This document shows positions 1-6,154 of a stretch of 11,443 nucleotides of DNA, in pieces (the first letter of the stretch is position 1; each line of letters starts with the position of its first letter). Source of the stretch: Oligoflexus sp. (GTDB lineage Bacteria; Bdellovibrionota_B; Oligoflexia; Oligoflexales; Oligoflexaceae); NCBI GenBank assembly GCA_041736305.1, contig JBGSTX010000369.1, positions 1-11,443 of the forward strand, given 5' to 3'. The notes beneath the pieces are model-generated. The model was given only the letters and a program-made list of their open reading frames with translations, searched no databases and had not been told where the DNA came from. Made by a program: the position numbers and the translations under genes.

Positions 1-70
1 TGTCCAATAAACTGTCCAATAAACTGTCCAATAAACTGTCCAATAAACTGTCCAATAAACTGTCCAATAA
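1..70. repeat. Perfect 12-bp tandem repeat (TGTCCAATAAAC), 5 full copies plus a 10-nt partial copy; probably truncated by the window edge
   Basis: Units read directly at 1-12, 13-24, 25-36, 37-48 and 49-60, plus TGTCCAATAA at 61-70. No spacers. Ends 84 nt before the Fic ATG. Confidence 0.97.
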
Positions 71-144
71 GTCAGTGAATACAATAGGTTAAATTAATGT
101 GATGAAACTAGCTTTCGCTAATGATAGCCTATATTTGAGGCTGT

Positions 145-150
145 AGGAGG
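145..150 (+). promoter_or_regulatory. Shine-Dalgarno site of the Fic gene
   Basis: AGGAGG 4 nt upstream of the ATG at 155. Confidence 0.8.
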
Positions 151-154
151 TCGA

Positions 155-1603
155 ATGCCAGACATCAAAAATAGAGATCAAAAGGTAGAAAAGCTAAAAA
201 AGAAGGTTCTCAGTATTCTGCAGCAGGGACCAGCTCGTAAATCCGATATATATGCAGGCGTGGCCCCAAACATAAGCAATGAGAAGGCCCTTCAAAGACT
301 TCTCAACACAATGCTGCAAGAAGAAATGATTCAGGCAAGCGGCGAAAGGAAGGCCAGAACCTATAGTCTGCAAAATAAGGCGAGTCGAGTTGAAACTCTC
401 ATGATGCCGGTCCCATTGACGCCTGCAGACATGAAGACGCAAAAAACTTTCTCAGCCTATCTTCCCTATCTTGAAAGATATTTTAGCTTGAAGCCAGCCG
501 AACGTGGTTGGAATGGCTTTGAACCTGAAAGAATCATAAATTATCCCACATTTAAGGGAAAGCTTCTCAGCGAAGCAAGCCTGTCTATAGTCAATGCTCT
601 GCCTTCATGGGATGAAGCAACTGATCTTGGCTCCACCTATGCAGAAGGCGCTGCAAAAATATTCCTGCTCCAATTCTCCTTTAACAGCTCGAAACTCGAA
701 GGTGCAGTCGCCAGTCTTGCAGATACTTTGTCAATTATGGAAAACCCCGAAATTCATGAAGACGATGAAAAGAAAATAATCGTCATGAATCACAAGCGTG
801 CCGTGGAGACCCTGATACCGTGGATTATAGATCCTAAATATGATATCGAAAGTGAGCTATCAAGAAGTGCTCAGGTAATAAAAGAAATTCATGCGCTTCT
901 TATGGTAGGTCTCTTACAAGACGAATCGGAAGGGGAAGTACGACGAGGAGATATAAAAATATCAGGTTCCTCTTATCTCCCGTCGAATAATGGCGAAACG
1001 CTGGAAAAATCTCTTCATGAAATCGCCATTCAAGCTGGAAAAATTGCAGAGCCATATGAACGATCTTTTTATCTACTGACCCAGATTGCCTATCTTCAGG
1101 CCTTTCGTGATGGTAATAAAAGAACGGCTCGCTTGATCTCAAATATCCCTCTAATCGCAGCGAGGAAGGCTCCTCATGTTTTCTCCTCAATAGAAGAGGA
1201 AGAATTTGATCAGGCCATGGTCTTTTACTACGAAACTGCCGATGCCAGACCTTTGCAACAACTCTGGCTGGAGTCCTATATTGAAGGTGCAAAACTCTTT
1301 CAAATTGCCCAGAAGGACTACCAAAGAGCAGATCTGGATAGAGCGACGCTGGCGCCGCTTCGATGGCTTGCTATTAATGAAATAATTCGAAACCACGTGG
1401 GTGAGTCTGACTTTCCGAAGTTGGTAGAAAGGATTCTGATGGAAAGCGAGTTCAAGGCGCGATACCCAGCTGCAGTTCTTCTCTCACACGTTAATTCTGG
1501 AATTGATAAGCTTTTACGATCATCTGTTGGCGCCTTGGCCCACGGATTGAGTGAAGAGGAACTTCGAGAGTGGCGCAAAGCATTCAAGAAAAAAAAGACC
1601 TAA
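155..1603 (+). CDS. Fic-family protein with N-terminal winged helix-turn-helix, an internal inhibitory helix (class II-like) and a degenerate Fic motif
   Basis: 482-aa ORF with strong SD. The Fic-like motif QAFRDGNKRTAR (aa 315-326, nt 1097-1132) compares with canonical HPFxDGNGRxxR. SSKLEG (aa 178-183) matches the inhibitory (S/T)xxxE(G/N) motif. IKEIHALL and GEVRRGDIKISGS are typical Fic core/flap segments. aa ~12-72 (KKKVLSILQQGPARKSDI...KALQRLLNTMLQEEMIQASGERKARTYSL) has a wHTH pattern. Confidence 0.9.
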   Translation: MPDIKNRDQKVEKLKKKVLSILQQGPARKSDIYAGVAPNISNEKALQRLLNTMLQEEMIQASGERKARTYSLQNKASRVETLMMPVPLTPADMKTQKTFSAYLPYLERYFSLKPAERGWNGFEPERIINYPTFKGKLLSEASLSIVNALPSWDEATDLGSTYAEGAAKIFLLQFSFNSSKLEGAVASLADTLSIMENPEIHEDDEKKIIVMNHKRAVETLIPWIIDPKYDIESELSRSAQVIKEIHALLMVGLLQDESEGEVRRGDIKISGSSYLPSNNGETLEKSLHEIAIQAGKIAEPYERSFYLLTQIAYLQAFRDGNKRTARLISNIPLIAARKAPHVFSSIEEEEFDQAMVFYYETADARPLQQLWLESYIEGAKLFQIAQKDYQRADLDRATLAPLRWLAINEIIRNHVGESDFPKLVERILMESEFKARYPAAVLLSHVNSGIDKLLRSSVGALAHGLSEEELREWRKAFKKKKT

Positions 1604-1650
1604 TTTTGTCACCGGTCAGTCAGAGATCGCCCTGCCGTAGGATGACTCCT

Positions 1651-1797
1651 TTATTTCAAAAGAAGGTCTTCAAGAATTAGGGATGATATTATTTCTCTCA
1701 CCATACCGACTATCAAATTATCGGCCAACCGATAAAAGATTTCGCCCTCACTTTCAGAAATCCTAATGAGTAGCCTCTTTTTTTCGTCATCAAAGAT
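1651..1797 (-). pseudogene. C-terminal fragment of an unknown protein, possibly a toxin-immunity protein
   Basis: The frame IFDDEKKRLLIRISESEGEIFYRLADNLIVGMVREIISSLILEDLLLK* is protein-like (alternating beta-strand pattern). The TTG at 1845 has an in-frame stop two codons upstream and no SD, so the true 5' end appears to be missing. The immunity assignment rests only on position and recalled resemblance. Confidence 0.35.
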
Positions 1798-2025
1798 ATT
1801 TCTCTGCACCAGTGCCACCCTGAGGATCTGGTATCTCTTTCCCAAGACTTATTGCCTCGGAAAGTATTTCGCTTGGAACATATCGGGCTAGGTCTGCCAT
1901 TCGCTTTGTTGTTGTTTTAGAGAACTTCAGATACTTGTGGAGGCATCCACAAGTTTTTCAATTTTGCCAGAGACACCTGCTTCGCTCCCAAGAACACCCT
2001 GAGCTGTGTGAAAGTCTGTAGGTAC
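1790..2025 (-). pseudogene. Frameshifted, truncated remnant resembling an RHS/polymorphic-toxin C-terminal domain
   Basis: Manual translation, not in the ORF track: 1930->1790 reads LKFSKTTTKRMADLARYVPSEILSEAISLGKEIPDPQGGTGAEKYL*. A neighbouring frame 2025->1930 reads VPTDFHTAQGVLGSEAGVSGKIEKLVDASTSI*. The RYVP...IL..AI..G...PDPQG pattern resembles, from memory, small toxin tips of RHS-type proteins. Confidence 0.45.
1933..1958 (+). terminator. Intrinsic-terminator-like hairpin
   Basis: ACTTGTGGA (1933-1941), GGCA GNRA-type loop, TCCACAAGT (1946-1954): a perfect 9-bp stem followed by a T run. It is the first such hairpin seen downstream of the Fic gene. Confidence 0.45.
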
Positions 2026-2190
2026 TCATAGTGCCGCCTATTTTTTCATGAGTGCATGTATTATTACTGGCAATTCTTCTGTCGGACGCTTGCTAAATAT
2101 CAGCTCCCATGATGGGACTGAGTGTGACGGCCGCATCAGCTAATGCATAGGCAAGGCGAACTATCAGCACTATTAGGTGCGCGAGCAAAA

Positions 2191-2204
2191 ATTTGAATTC
2201 AAAT
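2191..2204. promoter_or_regulatory. Perfect 14-bp palindrome, possible operator
   Basis: ATTTGAATTCAAAT is its own reverse complement and lies in a non-coding stretch. Confidence 0.3.
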
Positions 2205-2280
2205 ATGCAGGCATTTTCCAGAAAATGGCGCTATAAAACTAAGCCTAGCAGATCTCTATCAATGTGCATCCCAAGCAAAC

Positions 2281-3522
2281 TCACTCCAGCAGACTTCTAG
2301 TCGCCGCTCGTTGAATCTCAGGATAGAAAAAACCGATTCCTAGAATCGCATAGGAGTCTGAACTTGATTTAAAGGACTCATTTTCTATCGCGCCATTATA
2401 AGATTGATTTTCTGCGATGAACTGAAAATACCAACGGTCATTGAAAAAAGCCCGATAACCAATTCTAGTGAGAAGGGAAAGCATGGGGCCGGTATAATTT
2501 TCATTCAGGCTATCTTCGTAATGATAGATGCCTAAGCCTGGTCCTAAGGAGAAGAAGAGTGATCCAATCGGTGTATAAAATGCGAGATCGCCTAGAATAT
2601 TAAGCACCGATGCATAGAACTTTAAATTATAGTCGAAGCTTGTGAAAGGGATGGTCGGATCAGTTTGGTGAGCGTCCCACTCGGATTTTGGTGCGTAGGT
2701 ATTAAGCTGATTCGTGAATCGGAAGTTGAAGTATGGAACGAAGCGAAAGCTGACATCAAAGAGATTAAAACCTTTCCTGTGCAGAATTTTCTCGAAGCGA
2801 AAGCTACTTAGCACCGGCGGGATTGAACTTGCATTTTCACTCGACAATTCGTGATAGATATCGTCGTCGCCACCGCTGGCGTATTCATTTTCAAAGTCTT
2901 GCTCCGAAAATCCTCCAACCACACTGGTCGGAACTAGCTGAGCTAGAGAAAGTTTCAACCAACGCGAAAAAGGAATTTCAAAATACTCGCTCTCGGCTTC
3001 TCTCATCACAACGTGCTTGTGCAATAAGCCCCTATCTGGCTTATTGCTAATTATATTAAGGACCAGAGGTTTGATCGTAAGTTTACCGAAGTTATAGGAA
3101 TAATCTAGCGATACCGCATGGGTTCCCTTGAATTGAACTTGAAAAACACTGCGCATATTCGCACTGAGTTCGCTCGCTTCCACTGGATCGGCGTGCGAGA
3201 TATTTAAGAATGTGAAGACATTCTTCGCATGATCGCTGCTGACTATCTTGTCACATGATTTGAAATATTTTCGGTCGCGAGCTGCCTTTATCCAGAGCTG
3301 GATCACATAGTCCGAGGTTCTCTCATCTATACTCTCAGGTGGAAGAATCACAATCGTCTTACAGGCGATGGGATCTAAAGGCGGCAGTGTCTGGCAGCCC
3401 AAAAGTAGCAGAGCATGAAAAGGCAGCAAGGAGAACACTAGCTGCAAGATCTTATGGCAAGCTTGCTCTTTGCGCCAAACCATTGGAGTAACCCCTAAAA
3501 AGTGCAGTCGCAATCTTATCAT
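2281..3522 (-). CDS. Hypothetical lipoprotein with a putative outer-membrane beta-barrel-like C-terminal region
   Basis: 413-aa ORF. A hydrophobic stretch ends in lipobox LLGC (Cys43; Cys30 if the ATG at 3483 is the real start). The C-terminal half has aromatic/Gly-rich alternating strands (GSLFFSLGPGLGIYHYE, LLTRIGYRAFF, WYFQFIAENQSY, YAILGIGFFY). Confidence 0.75.
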   Translation of the reverse strand: MIRLRLHFLGVTPMVWRKEQACHKILQLVFSLLPFHALLLLGCQTLPPLDPIACKTIVILPPESIDERTSDYVIQLWIKAARDRKYFKSCDKIVSSDHAKNVFTFLNISHADPVEASELSANMRSVFQVQFKGTHAVSLDYSYNFGKLTIKPLVLNIISNKPDRGLLHKHVVMREAESEYFEIPFSRWLKLSLAQLVPTSVVGGFSEQDFENEYASGGDDDIYHELSSENASSIPPVLSSFRFEKILHRKGFNLFDVSFRFVPYFNFRFTNQLNTYAPKSEWDAHQTDPTIPFTSFDYNLKFYASVLNILGDLAFYTPIGSLFFSLGPGLGIYHYEDSLNENYTGPMLSLLTRIGYRAFFNDRWYFQFIAENQSYNGAIENESFKSSSDSYAILGIGFFYPEIQRAATRSLLE

Positions 3523-3722
3523 AAAAAGCCCGGATGAATCACTGCAGCCGCCGTGAAAGATTTCCGACAGCTGCCCAAGCTTCAGTCAGATCGTTCCTGG
3601 GTATCTAGCTGTTTTCTTCCGCTTTCTTAATTTCTCGACTTGGCAAATCTCTTGAATAAGGCCTTCTGCCACTGAGTTCCTCGTTGAGGAGCAAGGGTCG
3701 ATCATTTTTCCCGAGGTTTGTG

Positions 3723-3977
3723 ATGTCGAATGAAAGTAAGCACGAGTTCCAAGACCGCTTGGACACCAGCACCCAGCTAGGACCAAGAGAAACAGTGGAA
3801 TATAAGGAAACCAAGCTGCACTACTATGCAGGATTGGTTTTTATCGTCGTGGCTCTATTAGGGCTAGCTATCCAATTCCGCACCAGCCGACTGTTGTTTT
3901 TTGATAGCGTGCTGGCCTTCCGGGAGAGTCTTTTGGAAACTAAAGAAGACGCAGCGGCACCAAACGAAGCCCACTGA
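3723..3977 (+). CDS. Small hypothetical single-pass membrane protein (~84 aa)
   Basis: ATG at 3723 preceded by GAGG (3713-3716), preferred to the TTG at 3684. One hydrophobic segment, YYAGLVFIVVALLGLAI. Confidence 0.6.
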   Translation: MSNESKHEFQDRLDTSTQLGPRETVEYKETKLHYYAGLVFIVVALLGLAIQFRTSRLLFFDSVLAFRESLLETKEDAAAPNEAH

Positions 3978-4075
3978 TCGTCGACGGGACCATTTTCGCA
4001 ATTAGACTTATAGAAAACGCCTCTATGGACGGTGGATAGCCACCGCTCCTCGCCTGTAAGAATTCCAACTCATCT

Positions 4076-4101
4076 TCTTCGACTACATTCGCCGAACTAA
4101 A
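4076..4101 (-). promoter_or_regulatory. Candidate sigma-28 (FliA)-like promoter, leftward
   Basis: The minus strand reads TTTAG-N13-GTCGAAGA, loosely resembling the TAAA(G)-N14/15-GCCGATAA consensus. Confidence 0.25.
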
Positions 4102-4146
4102 ACAACCACTTCAAGCCACTAATATAATTGTAAAATAAGGATGTTT

Positions 4147-4173
4147 TACAGTTTGTCACCAAGCGTCCGAAGA
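4147..4173 (+). promoter_or_regulatory. Candidate sigma-28 (FliA)-like promoter for the 110-aa secreted protein
   Basis: TACAG-N14-TCCGAAGA, ending 54 nt upstream of the ATG at 4228. It overlaps the inverted repeat TGTAAAATA-N4-TGTTTTACA (4129-4150). Confidence 0.35.
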
Positions 4174-4227
4174 GAGAAGAAGTGGTGGTTCTAGAGCTTA
4201 CAAACGACCAGAATAGAGGAGTAAAGG

Positions 4228-4560
4228 ATGGCTAAGGTAAGTAAGCATCCCCAGCTTTTTTTCCTAACTTTAGTTCTCGGCTTTGCAAGTCCCGTTCATG
4301 CGAGCGGCGAAGACTGGGAGCGGGAGGCGGAAGGAACTAGTTTTGTTTATGGCGGGGAATGCAACCAACTTTCGCAGCTGGCGCATCGATCAATAGTAGC
4401 CATCGTCCACAGTGAGCACCTGGAGAATTTTAGCCGCTTCTGCAAAGCCGAAGGCGTCTATTCCTGCGATGACTTCACCGCTCTGCTCGGCGGCTTAGGT
4501 ACACTCGAAGGTAACGGCTCCATTGATTGCCGCTTCGTTCCCAATCCTATTAAAGACTGA
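4228..4560 (+). CDS. Small secreted hypothetical protein with four cysteines
   Basis: GAGGAG SD upstream. Basic N-terminus, hydrophobic core and a VHA|SG signal-peptidase-I-like site. Four Cys in the mature region. Confidence 0.75.
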   Translation: MAKVSKHPQLFFLTLVLGFASPVHASGEDWEREAEGTSFVYGGECNQLSQLAHRSIVAIVHSEHLENFSRFCKAEGVYSCDDFTALLGGLGTLEGNGSIDCRFVPNPIKD

Positions 4561-4570
4561 GACTCACAAG

Positions 4571-4593
4571 AGGCTGCTCTCTCAGAGCAGCTT
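4571..4593. terminator. Hairpin between convergent genes, overlapping the phoH stop codon
   Basis: GCTGCTCT-CTC-AGAGCAGC 8-bp stem. There is no clear U tract, so terminator function is uncertain. Confidence 0.3.
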
Positions 4594-5916
4594 CGCAGCT
4601 TTGGTCGCCAGTTCGCTCCTCTCACCTTTTTTCAGCGTCACGTGCGCGGAAATTTCCTCTCGCCTAAACCTCTCGATGACATAAGTCAAACCGTTCGTCT
4701 GCGAATCCAAATAAGGATTGTCGATCTGATAAGGGTCACCGGTGAGGATGATCTTCGTCCCCTCTCCAGCCCGCGTCAATATTGTCTTGATCTCGTGAGG
4801 CGTTAGATTTTGCGCCTCATCGACCACGAAAAACTGCGAGGGCAGCGAGCGGCCCCGGATGTATGTCAGAGGTTCAACAGCCAGCATGCCTTGGGTAATC
4901 AATTCCTGATAGCTCTTATTGAAGCGCTTCTGGCGCGAACCAGGCGCTCCCCCGAGGAGCAGCTCGAGGTTATCGTAGATCGGCTGCATCCATGGATTGA
5001 GCTTCTCATCGATATCCCCCGGCAGGTAGCCGATATCCCTACCCAGAGGAAATATCGGACGCGAAACGAGGAGTTTTTGATACTGATCTTCGTCAGTGGT
5101 CTTGACGAGCCCTGCCGCGATCGCCATAAGGGTCTTGCCCGTCCCGGCCTCACCGCTGATAGTCACGAGCCGGATCCTATCGTTGAGCAGGCACTCGAGC
5201 GCCATAGCCTGCTCCATATTCCGCGAATAAATGCCCCAGACACCTTCGGTCCTTGGATCGATCATTTTGATCAAACCCTCAGCCCCGTCGTACATCCCAA
5301 AGGCCACCGCACTTTTATCGTCGGCATCTTCAAAAACCACAAACTGGTTGGGATACAGTTCCACCTTCGGTAAGCGAAGTTCTCGATTGGTATAGAACTC
5401 GTTGATCAACTCCGCCGTCAGCGTTTCCGTGACGATGCCCGTATAAAGATGCGAGATATCGACGACCTTATCGGCCGCAAAATCCTCGGCTGCCAGACCG
5501 AAGGCATCGGCTTTGATCCGAAGATTGGTATCCTTCGTGACAACTATCACCTTCCGACTCTCACCAAACTGCTTCTGCAGAGTGAGACCTATCGCCAGGA
5601 TGTGGTTGTCGGTGCTGCTCGCCAAGAGCTCGGGCAAGATGTCCATATTGTGCCCGAGGTAGACATAAAGCTGTCCTGAGTCTTCCCGATCTTCAAAGAT
5701 ATGAATGCCGGACGAGAGCGTTCCACGGTCGCGCATCTTATCGAGGATGCGAGATACCTCGCGTGCATTACGGCCAATGTCGCTTTGATCTTTCTTGAAG
5801 GTATCGATTTCTTCAATGACCGAAATGGGGATGACCACGTCGTTATCGTCGAATTTGAAGATGCTCAGGGGATTACTCAAAAGGACATTAGTATCCAATA
5901 TGAAGACTTTCTTCAT
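4582..5916 (-). CDS. phoH: PIN domain + PhoH-family ATPase (PhoH2/YlaK-type)
   Basis: N-terminal PIN residues (ILDTNVLL, EEID, DNHIL, TKDTNLRIKA). PhoH motifs: Walker A GEAGTGKT, SRP, IGYLPG, PWMQPIYDNL, YIRGRS, DEAQN, LTRAGE, GD, ERSELA. ATG at 5916; a TTG one codon upstream (5919) is the alternative start. Confidence 0.95.
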   Translation of the reverse strand: MKKVFILDTNVLLSNPLSIFKFDDNDVVIPISVIEEIDTFKKDQSDIGRNAREVSRILDKMRDRGTLSSGIHIFEDREDSGQLYVYLGHNMDILPELLASSTDNHILAIGLTLQKQFGESRKVIVVTKDTNLRIKADAFGLAAEDFAADKVVDISHLYTGIVTETLTAELINEFYTNRELRLPKVELYPNQFVVFEDADDKSAVAFGMYDGAEGLIKMIDPRTEGVWGIYSRNMEQAMALECLLNDRIRLVTISGEAGTGKTLMAIAAGLVKTTDEDQYQKLLVSRPIFPLGRDIGYLPGDIDEKLNPWMQPIYDNLELLLGGAPGSRQKRFNKSYQELITQGMLAVEPLTYIRGRSLPSQFFVVDEAQNLTPHEIKTILTRAGEGTKIILTGDPYQIDNPYLDSQTNGLTYVIERFRREEISAHVTLKKGERSELATKAAKLL

Positions 5917-6154
5917 CAAGGTACCCCGCGGCTTGTTTGACTTGTATGGCTCTTTACCACATTTAGCATAGAATTTGGCCCTCCAAAAGTCGCGATTCGC
6001 AAAAACGCGAAAAAAGGCCTCCCGTTTCTATCTCACCATCTCATATAAAACCGCACCGCGCGAAAAGTAAAGATCGGTAAGGCCCGCTGACAAATCCCTA
6101 ATGAGGAGTTATGCTGGGTGGAACAGTTCGGACTCTCATCGCCGGAGGCAAACT

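Noticed and set aside
1-70. CRISPR array interpretation of the repeat
   Set aside because: Units are 12 bp, directly abutting, with no unique spacers, and no cas genes are in the window.
1-92. Repeat as a coding tetrapeptide tract (SNKL or CPIN) joined to the Fic ORF
   Set aside because: The SNKL frame ends SNKSVNTIG*, the CPIN frame ends CPISQ*, and the third frame has a stop in each unit. It could still be the tail of an upstream gene, which cannot be seen here.
68-92. IHF-like or att-like motif TAAGTCAGTGAATACAATAGGTTA
   Set aside because: Two mismatches to the IHF consensus core, and no recombinase or matching second site in the window.
194-1587. Short ORFs overlapping the Fic gene (82, 61, 130, 69, 89 aa)
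   Set aside because: Shadow frames of a well-supported CDS with no recognisable motifs. An antitoxin is also not needed, since the inhibitory motif is internal.
2038-2136. 32-codon minus-strand ORF MRPSHSVPSWELIFSKRPTEELPVIIHALMKK
   Set aside because: No SD and no recognisable similarity; possibly another remnant but not supportable.
3586-3814. Minus-strand ORFs of 66 and 69 aa
   Set aside because: They overlap the better-supported plus-strand membrane-protein gene, and have no SD or motifs.
4810-5940. ORFs inside or antisense to phoH (187, 84, 76, 75, 79 aa)
   Set aside because: Typical shadow ORFs of a GC3-rich gene.
6101-6154. Upstream ATG for prkA at 6101
   Set aside because: No SD before 6101, whereas GGAGG is well spaced before ATG 6155; the extra 18 aa are not PrkA-like.
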